Counted from the stretch's first letter, positions 1 to 12,523 are shown. The stretch: DNA of 47,837 bases from Octopus sinensis (GCF_006345805.1 NW_021834462.1:1-47837), one strand, 5' to 3'. Translations and numbers: made by a program. Notes: generated from the letters alone by a model not told the origin.

Positions 1-224
1 AGGACGTTACCATATTCTAATCATCTGTTTGGCCGAAAGGCCGTATTTACTCCGTCTGTGTTTGTGTGTGCTTGTGTGTGCTTTTTCTGTGTACACATAT
101 AAGACTGCTGTGTCCATCAGATATACATGTCTGTGTATTTATAACACTGGTGTTTGTGTGTGTGCGCCTGTCTCGGGTGTAGATATACGAGAATGTTGTG
201 CATCGCGTCCGCATGTCTAAGTAT

Positions 225-880
225 ATTATTTACATTATTTACATTTGACGGATATTTGTCCTCATCTTGTTTGCTGTTGGTGTCGTGGGGAATTTTCGAA
301 CCTGGGTTCTCATTCCTAAGGTATTTTTCTATGCTATTATCTTAGGGTTAGTAGCCCGCGCTCTTAACCACTACGCTATATGCCCGTGGCAATTATGGAC
401 CGAATTTTAGAGCTTATAAATCTAATATTTTCCTATCCTTCCTTAATACCGGTTCCCACATGCTATTCATATCTGTACTCTGTCTGCTCAGGAAGTTGTT
501 AATGTCCTAACATATGTGCTGCTTCTTTTAGTTTACGTATTTTCCAATGGTCTTCTCTGTCTATTATTTTAACTTCATCCCACAGGGGTAGGTGGTCTCC
601 ATTATTCCATACATGATCAGCTATACCTGATTTACCAATATCTCCTCATGTCACAGCTTTGCGATGTTCCTCTACTATTATTTTGAGGGGGCGGCATGTT
701 TCGCCTTTGCATAACCTACCACATCTGCATGGGATGGAGTACACACAGTTCTTAGTCATATTCTCTTCTATTGGTGGTTTTACTCGAAGGAGATATTAGC
801 GAAATATTGTATTACTCTTGAATAGTCCTAATGTTATATAGACAGCATATGTTTTGTATCTTTGTGTTTGATGACACCTT
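225..880 (-). mobile_element. Penelope-like retroelement 3' remnant: decayed GIY-YIG endonuclease (about 414-870) plus 3' UTR
   Basis: Manual minus-strand translation gives KIQNICCLYNIRTI/KSNTIFR*YLLRVKPPIEENMTKNCVYSIPCRCGRLCKGETCRPLKIIVEEHRKAVT*GDIGKSGIADHVW...WDEVKIIDREDHWKIRKLKEAAH. This matches the Penelope GIY-YIG pattern VYxIPCxCGxxYxGETxRxLxxRxxEH. Stops and frameshifts are present. Confidence 0.85.
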
Positions 881-1465
881 CCGGTTTCTCAGTAAGTCGC
901 GTCAAATAGATTTTCCTTCGAAGTATTTGGGTATTCCTCAGCGATTACGGTAGTGGCTGTCACTCCATTACAAAGTGTTGGTCAGGCGTTTGTGAATGGC
1001 GCTCAACAGAATCTGGAGTGGACTAACGAAAGAAAGGCACTCAACAAATTTATTGAGAGTTACAGGTATGTATGAAAGCAGTTTGACTCAAAATCGGGGG
1101 TACTCTGAGTTTCAAGCGTGATGCCAGTCTTCAGCCATTTTGAATCTGAATGAAAGAAATTGATTGTTATTACTGTAAGGTGGGTTGCGATTGGTCGAGG
1201 ACGGTCATGCGGTATCGATGTTTGATGTTGGTATTTCAGTACATCAGCGACAACAGTCAGATGGAAAATGCCACCTGGTGAACAAGAGGAAATCGACAAT
1301 GTGTTGGAAATCGGTCGAGTTGTTGGAGGGAAAGCAGGAAGGGGCGAGATGTGCAAGTAAATAGTTGTATATGGGGTTTGTGAGCGAGCTCATATGGTTT
1401 TGCGTGCATGTCTATATTGTACATTTGGGTACATGGGCGCGAACGCGTACATGTACTTGTGTGTA

Positions 1466-1504
1466 TGTATATATATATATTATACATATATATGTACACA
1501 CACA

Positions 1505-1535
<31 letters not shown>

Positions 1536-1537
1536 CC

Positions 1538-1579
<42 letters not shown>

Positions 1580-1705
1580 TATATACATATGTATATATAT
1601 GTATATGTATATATACATTTATGTGTGTATGCATATCATGAGAAAAAAACAGGAAGAAAAGGAGGAGAGAGACCAAGAAACCAAGGGAAAGCGAAAGAGT
1701 GAAGT

Positions 1706-1745
<40 letters not shown>
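1466..1745. repeat. Compound (TA)n/(CA)n/(GA)n microsatellites
   Basis: Visible directly; explains the YI/TH/ER ORFs here. Confidence 0.95.
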
Positions 1746-1748
<3 letters not shown>

Positions 1749-2250
1749 CGAATGCAAGAGGGGAGGTGGTGCAGGTTGGAGTGGGGGTATCGAATCAAAT
1801 GCTTATTGTGAACATCTGAATAGAATCTCTGGCCATGAATATGTCGTTCGAGCGCCTCTGTATCTGTCGTGTGTAATTTGATACTTCCAGATGTGAAGAT
1901 GTATGTATGTATTATGCACGTATGTAAGTGTATGTATGCGTGTGCACATATCTGTGTGTGTGTCTATATATATATATATATGTACATATGTATGTATGTG
2001 TGTGTATGCACGTTAGAAATTAGAACAGGAAAAAACATCCATGACAGCGCATAAGTGAAACTCTGTCATTCTTTCTTATTTCGCCTGCTGCGTGTTTTCC
2101 AGTCTACAAAGGCTGCTGATGCAACAATAATACAGTGATATGCATTCATTCACGAGAATTTAGGTGTTCAGTGGAAAATAATCTACTAAGGTCAAATATT
2201 ATTGGTTATTATTTGTCGTGTATACAAAGTGCATGATAATGTGCGTGAGT

Positions 2251-2308
<58 letters not shown>

Positions 2309-2504
2309 CAGTCGCCATGATAGATCGTTAGCCACTACACTCATTTTTTTTCTCTCCTTGTTTCTTTCTGTGTTCCTTTCTGTGGAAGAGCGTAGGCTCG
2401 AAACATAAAATACTTTTTTCAATTCCCGAGCGTTATACTTATACATCTGTTTGTTTTCTACACCACCTGTCTTCGTCTTGTGTTTTTTTCGTGAATTCTC
2501 CCCC

Positions 2505-2544
<40 letters not shown>

Positions 2545-2679
2545 GACGAGAGAGAGAGAGAGAGGTGGGGGGGAGTACATATCCCTGCTGACAATACAAA
2601 GAACATATATGAAACACATACTTCCACGCATGCACGAAAGAGATGACTATGGTTCCGAAATACATAGGACCGCATGGAC

Positions 2680-3545
2680 AGCCTCACCGTTGATCCCCAT
2701 CCCCATATGAAGCTTAAAGATATTTTAAATCCTAAATGCGTGTTGTTTACACCCTCTAAGAGCGAGGTAGGTATTGTTACCAAGCTCATTATCTATACCA
2801 TCGATTGCAATATTCGAAGGGCTACGGGGTTGATCTAATGGTATTGCAGCACCGTAGCAATTGACTGGTTTGAGGACAGAGAATAACGCATCTTGCAGAT
2901 TCACCCACTTCGGCAGTGTAGATTTCTACCCCGCAGTAACGAAACGCATGCCTCTGAAGGCTTTAGATTTTAGCAGACTAGATCTTACCACACTATCAGT
3001 GGCCTGGATGTCAGAATCGTCATGAATGCTAGAAAGGTAGTCTTGGTCCGTGATGATTTCTGCTGTGTGAAGAAGGAACACGGCCTACTGTTCAACGAAT
3101 CTATGGGGAGCTATGATGGGGCTAAGATCGCTAACTTCACTAGTTTATTTATCTTGGGTACACTTAGAAAGTGCGAACATCATCTCATTTTAGGGACGAC
3201 GGCCTGCCAATCGCAAGTCATATGAACGGTTAAGCCATGAACAATTTCAGATAGGATCTGATAAAGAATTTTCAAAGCTTAACCTAAAAAATATGAGTTA
3301 CCACCAGTATCATGAAGGTCTTGTACGTAAACCTGGTCTTAAAAAAGGGCAAGTACTACTCTTACAGGAAACCCAAGGAGAAAATTGTACATCTATAGGA
3401 ACTTTCACCACCCCCGCTTTGATTAGAAACCTAGTTACCGGCATCAGTAGAAAAATTTCTAAAATTTTCTACGTACAGAGAGAACTTCAACAGGGCATTG
3501 AATTATAATAAATTTAGTCGGTTTCAGATGAGCATATAATTCGTT
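2680..3545 (+). mobile_element. Penelope-like reverse transcriptase remnant (possibly Naiad/Chlamys-type)
   Basis: Frameshifted translation: KLKDILNPKCVLFTPSKSEVG...IDWFE...DFYPAVTK...ALDFS...IVMNARK...SMGSYDGAKI...FRDDGL...PALIRNLVTGISRKIS. These resemble PLE RT motifs (DFYPSI, MGSYDGAE, YRDDGL). Confidence 0.8.
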
Positions 3546-4640
3546 CTGTGCAATGATTGCAAATTTTCCGTTTAAAACACTAGTATTGTGCTAAACATAT
3601 GGCCATTTGTACCGAATCACGTATATTTTAAAGTAAATGTGTGTGCGTGTGTGTGTGTGTGTTGTGTGTGTGTGTGTGTGTGTTATGGGCGTTTTGGTAA
3701 GCATGTCTGTGTGCTTGATGATAAGTATAAGGCCCGGATGTCAGAGCACAGACAACTAGACGAGTGGACATAACACTCATTTCCTTGCAGATGTCGAATT
3801 AGAAAGATTTAAATTTTCAATTTCGTTCAAGAACACACGTGTTGGCTACGTTTCAGAATCAGACCGCTTATATTTACCAAGTTCAAAGAATACAAACTCA
3901 CGTGGCTGTACATATACACACACACTCATGGAATATACATGTTGGCTATACATACACACACACACACACACATGGAATACACTTGCACATGACAACACAC
4001 ATCTACACACACCCATGCATATATACTTATACATGTGTGTATGTATATGTGTAGGAAATGTATATGTGAACGAGTGTATACATTTACATATGCAAGAATA
4101 TGTGGGTGCATATACATTCATCTGCATGTATAATGTATATATACAAGTGCGTATGCATATATTCCTGCATATCTGTGGTTTTGCTATATATACAATACAT
4201 ACATGCGTACGCACCCCCACATATATATATATATAACACTTGTAATAAATATACATATGTGTGTGAGTATATATGTTTTATACACATGTGTGTGTGTGTG
4301 TGTGAGTATTAATTGTTTGTAACAACATCACCCGAGCACCTGCACTATACGGTTGTAGGAACGAAATATGATTTTCAGGGTGGAGACCTATTTATCTACT
4401 TGTCGTTATAACAATACACAGACACACAGAATCGTGCGTGCATTCACACACACACACATGCACACATACACTCACACATACACACACAAGCACGCACGCA
4501 TACAAACACAAACACGCGCACACACGTACACCTATATATCGAGAAACACATATAATGTATACGTGTAAAGTTATATGCAAATGTATATGTGTGTGCGTGC
4601 GTGCGTGCGTGTGTGTGTTTATGTGTGTGTGTGTGTGTGA

Positions 4641-4692
<52 letters not shown>

Positions 4693-5542
4693 AATCATTT
4701 AAGTGGAAACAAGATGAAGAATACAGAAAACCGTACCGAGTGTTATAAAGAGTGTGAAACAGCATGCTGTATCCGTAGTTGAAAATCTGAAGACCTTATT
4801 ACTCGTAGCCGAACTTCTGACAAAAAAAACTTAAGACTGTTAATCCAGAAACAGACCACGATCACTGATTTGGGTAAACGTGAATCAGTTTTGGAATGGA
4901 AGGATGTTGGAGGGATCGAACGACCGGAAGCATTAATAATAAATGTAATAATAAATGTTAGATAAATATGAAAAGATGAATTAACATTCCAAAAAAGGCA
5001 AAAATAAATCGATACATTAGGAAATCAATCATAAGGTTGGATGAATATTCTGTCAGCTGAGTCTAATAGAAATTAAATTTTTAAAATGATTCAAGAAAAA
5101 AAATTGAAAGAAATGTTATACTAGATACACAAATACATACAAAATAGTGGATAAAACGTTGGAGCAGAGACGGAAAAAGAGGAAAAAGAAGAGAGAAAAA
5201 GATGAAGAATTAGAGGTCACGTGATTGTGAGAGGAAGGAAAGCAGAGAAGGTGGGAATAAATGAAAAAATCACCCTGAAAAATTAAGAGATGGAATACAG
5301 AAATAAATGGAATAAAAGTTGAAGGTAAGGGAGAAGGAGAGGGAGAGAGAGAGCACATTTAAAGTAAAACACTCGTACACATGCACACACACACGCACAC
5401 ACACACACAGACGGACACGCACACATACACCTCAAACACATACAGTGACAAAGAGCTCAAGGAAATATTTAATTGTGGATACTAGGCACAACTTCTTTAA
5501 CCAGGATTATAAAAAAGAACAATTATTAGAAACCATTATTTC

Positions 5543-5577
<35 letters not shown>

Positions 5578-5579
<2 letters not shown>

Positions 5580-6116
5580 CAGTACCAGGCAGTGGTTCTC
5601 ATGGCTTCTGATCTTAACCGATTGGAAGTGTTATCATGTACATTGTTTTGTCTTGGTATAAAAGATGGGCTAGAGCAAATATTCTGCTCAATACCACAAA
5701 TTTGCTTGTCAGTTGTTTGACTTTAACCAGTTGAGCAGGTCCCTTAGTGGCTGACGATATGTGCATCTCTGATCACGAGCAGAAGTAGAGGGGGAGCATC
5801 ATAGCCATGTGTTGAGAGGGATTCTTTGGGGTTTGAATAATTCACCTCTGGAAACATGGGTGGTTCGTTCAACATCTTTAAACAACCCTTGAAGGACCTT
5901 TTGAGCGGGATGGGCTACTCGACCAGAAGAAAATTCTAATTGGGCCCCACCTGCAAGGTCATGTGCTGTTTATCTTGAGATCACCATGTCGCGCACATAT
6001 GGTTGCGATGCATGTGCCTAGTGTACCCTTATCAGACGAGTAGTCTTGATGGGTATACTGGACTTCGTATATTTTACCCCAGTGTCACCTTTATTGCATG
6101 CACTGCTCTCTCACTC
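5578..6116 (+). mobile_element. ~550-bp non-coding interspersed element, copy 1, flanked by (AAT)n
   Basis: Highly similar copies at 18712-19263 (-) and 45186-45740 (+). All share the 3' end ...ctgctctctcactc; this copy lacks a few 5' bases. Confidence 0.9.
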
Positions 6117-6128
6117 AATAATAATAAT

Positions 6129-6323
6129 CCTTTCAACTATAGGCACAGGCCTGAAATTTCGGGGAGGGACTAGTCGATTATATCGACCCCAGTGTTCGAC
6201 TGGCACTTATTTAATCGAACCCGAAAGGATGAAAGGCAAAGTCAACCACGATAGAATTCGAACTCAGAACGTAAGGATGGACAGAATGCCGCTAAGCATT
6301 TTGCCCAGCGTGCTAACGCTTCT
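6129..6323 (-). mobile_element. tRNA-derived SINE, family B (central GCCTTTCATCCTTTCGGGGTCGATAAA domain), older copy
   Basis: Shares the core cgaccccgaaaggatgaaaggcaaagtc with several copies in the window; tRNA-like head with B-box-like gagttcgaattc. Confidence 0.8.
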
Positions 6324-6555
6324 TATTTCTTTATTGCCCACAAGGGGCTAAACATAGAGGGGACAAACAAGGACAGACAAAGGGACGAAGTCGATTACAT
6401 CGACTCCCCAGTGCGTCACTGGTACTTAATTTATCGACCCCGAAAGGATGAAAGGCAAAGTCGACCCCGGCGGAATTTGAACTCAGGACGTAACGGCAGA
6501 CGAAATACCGCTAAGCATTTCGCCCGGCGTGCTAACGCTTCTGCCAGCTCGCCGC
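6324..6555 (-). mobile_element. tRNA-derived SINE, family B, complete copy abutting the previous one
   Basis: Minus strand reads gcggcgagctggcagaagcgttagcacg...gagttcaaattcc...gcctttcatcctttcggggtcgataaattaagtaccag; near-identical to 42262-42481. Confidence 0.85.
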
Positions 6556-8133
6556 TTTTATAATAATAATAATAATAATTTGTTCCGTTAGAATGTCAAT
6601 TTAAAGCAATCTTATTTTAATCCGATGTATGATATCTTGTTAATTTGTATTTTTGTTCTTCAGCTAACCGTTGGTAAAGAAATTGCCAATAAGAAGACAG
6701 TTGCTGAGGTCCCTGTTATTACAAGCTAAGATTCCTCATTAGAGCAACTTCAGAGAGGTTTAAAACTCTTTTTTACACTTGTTGTTTGACGAAACAAAGT
6801 TTTTACAGTAAGTAAAACGCGATGATATCAAATTAAAGAAGTTTCAACTACATTTGCTGTTACACCAATCGATAACTAACAATCCATAATAGGAGAGATA
6901 AAAGATTCTGTATTTTAAAAAATATAACATCTAAAATATGTTATTTGTTCTCTTTTAAAGTATTCGTCTCTAAAATTTGGCTGTATTTATGAGTCTATAT
7001 TTAGAGCTGTTTACTAAAAGTAGGTTTACGATCTTTCAGATGATAAAAGTAGCGAGGATGTGTGATATTCTACTCTCCCCTCTTTTACTCACCAAATTTA
7101 TGGAATTACACGAATTGGCTTCCGACATGTCGGTGTTTGTAATGTTATTGAGAGAGCGTCTATTGCAGACGTATTTAACAACTCTGTAGAGGTTCCTGGT
7201 TTATCTGATGAGATAAATATTTTCAGCGAATTCTGTAAAAATATCTGAATCCTTATTTAAAGAGTTCTGGAAATTGTTGTGAATATTGTGGAATGTAACC
7301 CTTTATTTATATCAAATTAATGAGTTCAGTGCGAAAAGAGTGAATTTGTTTAACATTGAGCTTGTAAAATACAGAGAACTATGAAGCCGTGTTTTGTGTT
7401 ATACAAGCTTTATGATACTCATTGCTGGTACTCTGATGTTTTAATGTATGTTGGGTATACAAGGTAAGGGAGAGACGGGGTGAGAGGGGAGAGAGATATG
7501 AGTGAGAGAGCGAGAGTTGAGGAGAGGGAGAGACGGAGGAGAATGGGCGAGGGAGTGAGAGTGCGAGATCATCGAAGACAGAAGGGGAAAGAAAGAAATA
7601 AGTAACATCATATTAGAGAGGGGGGAGAGAGAGAGAGAGGAGATAGCTAAAGAACAAAACTGTGTGAGTTTGAGTGAGAAAAGGAGAGAGGAGGTAGAGA
7701 GAGAGAAAGGACAAAGAGAATGGATGAGTCAGACGAACATACTTAGAGATAGGAGAAGAGAGAGAGAGAGAGAGAGACAGAAAGAAAATGAAAGTGAGAG
7801 GGAGAAAGAAAGGCGGGGAATAGAGACGGGAAGTGATAGGTAAATATGTTTAGGGACAATGTGAGAAAGAAAGAGAGAGAGAAGAGAGAGAGAGAGAGTA
7901 AGACAATGAAATAAGTAGAAGGAACCTATAGGAAGAAGTTTCTGGAATTCATGGTTGAGCCTGTTTAATTAAAGGATTTTTGATGAGGCGTGGGAAAATG
8001 TATCATCTGTAGTGATGAGGAGTGGGTAGGTACGGTGGCGGTAGGCGTGTTTGTGCGTAAGTGTGTGTGTGTGTGTACATGTGTAGACATATGTAAGTGT
8101 ATGCGTATGTGTACGTATATGTGTATATATATA

Positions 8134-8177
<44 letters not shown>

Positions 8178-8329
8178 GCGTGTGTCTGTGTATATTTAAG
8201 TATGTGTATATATGAATGTGTATGTGTGTGTGGTGTGTGTGTGTGTGTGTGTGTGTGTGTATTCGGCCCCTTCAGCAGGAACCGCAACGATTGCAATACG
8301 CAAAACTGACATCCACAGCAAAACTTGCA

Positions 8330-9136
8330 GGCAGCACCATCACCACCACCGTCAGCAGCGCCGCCATCACAACCAGCATCATCAGCAGCACTGCCACCAC
8401 CTACCAACCACAATCACCACCACCACCACCTACCAACCACAACCACCACCACCGCCTACCAACCACCACCATCACCATTACCACCACTACCACCACCACC
8501 ACCACCATCACCACCACCACCTACCAACCATCACCATTACCACCACCACCACCACCAACTACCAACCACCACCATCACCACAACCACCACCACCACCACC
8601 ACCCAACTACCGCCACCACCATCAGCAATATTGATATTAACAAGATTAACAAGAGAACGGAAAACAACAACAAAATTCCCACAAATTACAACCGCACCAA
8701 AACCTTTCAGCAACATTTAACTACAGTTGATGTTGTTGCTGTTGATGTTGCTGCTGCTGCTGTTGTTGTTGTTGTTGTTTTTTTCGTGCCATAAGAATAA
8801 TTAGAATAACAACAATCCTTTCAACAATATTTTCAATTCAACAACAATTACAACCACAATACCGACATCACTGTTGCTTTCAGCAACATTTCTATGCAAC
8901 CATCACAACAAAAACACCACCACCAATAACAACAACAACAACAACAACAGCAGCAACAGCAGCAGCAGCAGCAGCAGTGGTGTGTACACTGTTGTAAAAG
9001 CATTAGCGGCAACAGAAGTAGCAGCAGTAGCAGTAGCAGCAGCAGTGCATTAGCAACACCCAAACCGCAGCATCAGGAGTTCAAACAGCAGCAGTTCGAA
9101 CACCACCACCACCATCATCATCATCCTCATCATCAC

Positions 9137-9187
<51 letters not shown>

Positions 9188-9188
9188 C

Positions 9189-9231
<43 letters not shown>

Positions 9232-9390
9232 TCATCATCATCATCATCATCATCCTCCTCATCATCATCAACATAATCATCATCATCCTCATCATCACCA
9301 TCATCATCATCACCATTATCATCATCATCCTATTCATCGCCACCATCACAATCACCACCACCGCCGCCGCCGCCACCACTACCAACATAT
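8330..9390. repeat. Trinucleotide mosaic (CAC/CAA/CAG/CAT)n
   Basis: Visible directly; the poly-H/T/M/D ORFs are artefacts. Confidence 0.95.
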
Positions 9391-9771
9391 CCTAGAAACC
9401 ATCATCATCGTTAGCAATAGCAACAGTAACAACAGCAATCCTTCCCAACAAAGGCAGAAGTCCTAAAAGAAGTCAATGCGAAAGGAATATATCTATGATT
9501 GATGGTACTGACCCTGTGTCGTACTTGATTGGCACTTTATTTATTTGACCATCCCATCGGAAGAATGAATTTTAAGGTCAATGAACCCGCGCAGTATTTG
9601 ACCGGAACCTCATTTGATGGCGCCTCGGAATGGGATTGCAAGTAAATTAAAGCGAACTTTACTGAAATTAAGAAGAAAAGACAATATGTGTAACTAGATG
9701 CCAAATATATATTTGATAAAATCGTCGATTTTGACATCTTACGACTTCAATACTGCAAGAGCAGCAGCTAC

Positions 9772-9824
<53 letters not shown>

Positions 9825-9844
9825 TAGTAGTAGTAGTAGTAGTA

Positions 9845-10355
9845 TGAAGTTTGCGTAGGTAGGTTCTAAGCTATCCGAAGCCGTTCGTATAGGAAAATGT
9901 TCGATAAAAGTCTCTTCCTTGGATTATAGTTGAAATAAACTCCGCAAATGCTTTACTAGACGTAAAAACTGCAGGAGCAACTAAGAGATATTGCAATCTC
10001 TTCTAAAGCCATTGCAGTACTCTCCGTATTATCTGCAGGTATCTCAAGGTCACAAGCTCTTGCGCTTCGCTTGAGTTGAGCAGCGAGACTTGAGCGAGTC
10101 TTCGCCTATGGAAGGGATCCGTCTCTAATTCCTTGTCACCTATAACCGCCTTGTGCTGATTTTAGCCTTCATAGCTATTTCCTTTGTGATTGTCTTCGAT
10201 TGTCAGTGTCCCAGATCAGTATTCTATAGGAAATAGTGCACCGATCTTGTTGGAAAGCCACGGTAGCCAACTTCAATAGGGAATGAGGTTGTGTGCCCTC
10301 CCTTGACAAGGGCCTCATCGATTAAGTCCTGACATTTGCTTTTCTTTAGCTGGTG
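9845..10355 (-). mobile_element. 3' end of an RLE-type non-LTR retrotransposon (HERO/NeSL-like), ending at a (CTA)n tract
   Basis: Minus-strand 10355-10125 reads HQLKKSKCQDLIDEALVKGGHTTSFPIEVGYRGFPTRSVHYFL*, resembling the C-terminal motif HERKKxKYxxLxxEC...FPxEVGxRGF. (AGT)n lies at 9770-9843 on the + strand. Confidence 0.65.
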
Positions 10356-11635
10356 AAAAATAACTTCTCCACTTCTAAAGTGAAATAAATGCGAAGATTG
10401 AGAAACGGGGTATGAAATACTCGTTTCTGATGACCTTCAAGGATTAATTGAAAATTTCTAGTCACGAATTCTGTATTTTTAAAATCTAAGCCGCAGCTTT
10501 TGAGAACCACAGATGAGGGAAATGGTAAGGGTCTCGTTGTTGCAGGATATTTAGTTGCTATTTCTAGCAAGTAGACTAGCCAGACTTGTAAAAGCTCATA
10601 CCCTTGTAACGAAGGTGTGTAAGGAGAGATCAGTTTAGACAGAGAATCAAAGTTGAGCACTTTGAGAAGTACTGAAAGAGGGAGAGAATGTGCGAGATGG
10701 AAAGAGAGAGAATGATAGAGAGAGAGAGAGAGAGAGAGAAAGAAGGATATAGAAAGAGAGTGGGAGAGAGAGAGAGATAGAAAGAGATAGTGGGAGAGAG
10801 AGAGAGAGAGAGAGATGAGTCTCTGACTGAGATGAGTTGCTGATTTGTGGTTGATATTGTTTTAAATATTGTATGTTGTTTTTATTGTTGTTATCAGTTT
10901 TTTTTTTGTGTGTTCTTGTTATTGCGATTGTTCTTTTGGTCGGTCATTTTGTTTCTATTGTTATTGTTACTTTTGTCGATGCGTTTCCGCTCTTCCGGTT
11001 TTATATTTATTTATTTATTGATCTTCCCGTTGTTGTAGAAGTAGTCGTATTCCTCAATTTTATAAATCTTTAAATATGTGTTATTAAAACTATCCTAAAC
11101 AGGGGAACAACAACAACAGTGGAAAGAACGAAATTTGCAACAACAACAACAACAGGATCAGCAACAACAACGATAACAGCAACAACAGTAAGAGGAACAA
11201 CAACAACAACAACAGCATCAACAACAGGAACAGTAACAACAGTAATAAAAACTAACATTGCTAACTAGAAGCGTAACAACGTTGACTACGACAGCAACAT
11301 CGGATGCAGTTAGAACAACAACAGAAATAAAACCAGTAGAGACATCATCAACAGTAGTAATAACAACAATAGTAATAACAACGGGCGCAATAGTAATTAA
11401 AGCAGTAACACAACAACAACCACAACAACAACAACAGGACCAGCAGCAAATGAAACAATGGACGGAAAGTGACAATAAAACGAGCAAGAAAAGAATTTAG
11501 TGTAATTAATGTGGAATGGGCAAGAATTGGATAATAACAGCATCACCATCAGCAGTAATAAAATAATGTAATAAAACTGCAACAGTCTCCACCATTACCG
11601 CCGCCGCCACCACCACCACTACCACCACCACTCGG

Positions 11636-12315
11636 GACGGACGCATGCTACACGAATCCAAGCACATGTTTGCAGAATTTCAACGGCACTTTGCCGAAAT
11701 GTACGGAGCAAAGGGTGGGTGAAGGACTAGGTTTGATTTTCACTTCCTACCTCGGCTGTATGCCGCACCTTTCGACCAGGGATGCGGTGTTCTGCGAAAT
11801 GCTGATAGACATACCTGGGTGCGATAAGGAGCTGCACAAGGGAGAAGTCTCCGGGGCCGGATGGTCTGCTCCGGTTTGCTCTTGAAGCTGTATCTTCATA
11901 TCCCACACTTGTTCGGCGATCTCATGGAGAGTGTCTACCACAACTGGCAGCAGGACGGGAGAATACCCAGTAGTGAGAGCCATGGCGTGGTGGTGCTGCT
12001 AAGAAAAGGCCCGAAAAAAAGGGGATCAAATAGATAATTTTAGCCTCATTACTCTGCTGAATGCAGATTATAAGATTTTGGCCAAGGTGTTAATCCAGAG
12101 GTTGGCGCTTGTCGATTACCTGGTCGGTGACGCGCAGACGAATAAATCTATTTATAACGATCACCGCTTCATCAGCTACATCATAGAGAGAGTAGGGAAG
12201 GAACCTAGCATGGGTGGGCCCCAGATCAATTCCGATCAATCAAAAGTTTTTGGAAGGGTTGTCTTAGAGGCTGTCTTCGCGAAGGGCGGTTCCGTTCGAG
12301 TCGATGGGCCTGCAA
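11636..12315 (+). mobile_element. L1/Tx1-clade reverse transcriptase fragment, decayed
   Basis: Motifs KSPGPDGL (11845-), IDNFSLITLLNADYKILAKVL, and INSDQSKVFGRV (resembling LDQSKAFDRV); frameshifted. Confidence 0.85.
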
Positions 12316-12319
12316 CTTA

Positions 12320-12523
12320 TCACTTTCTGCTGTGTTGTCTATTCTGTATTTTATGTAGTTTGTTCTTAGTGCTTGCTCTTGGGCAGTACAGATTAAAGCC
12401 TCCGTTTCCGGTTTTAAATCACTTTTTGTCATCTAGAGCCTGGTAAGCCTGGTATCATTTTCAGATTGGTTTCAGTATCATTTTTTTATCATTCCTAGAC
12501 CTCCTACAATCACTTGAGATACC

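Noticed and set aside
3790-3915. Acceptor-like ttccttgcAG followed by an open frame (VELERFKFSISFKNTRVG...)
   Set aside because: No donor, no recognisable protein, and it runs into a repeat.
5751-5790. CTGACGA inside the 550-bp element
   Set aside because: No stem II and no GAAA in register, so not a hammerhead.
7204-7240. CTGATGAG motif
   Set aside because: No pairing stem II or GAAAC downstream.
11258-11500. Mucin-like Thr-rich ORF
   Set aside because: A decayed (ACA/CAA)n tract without splice signals.
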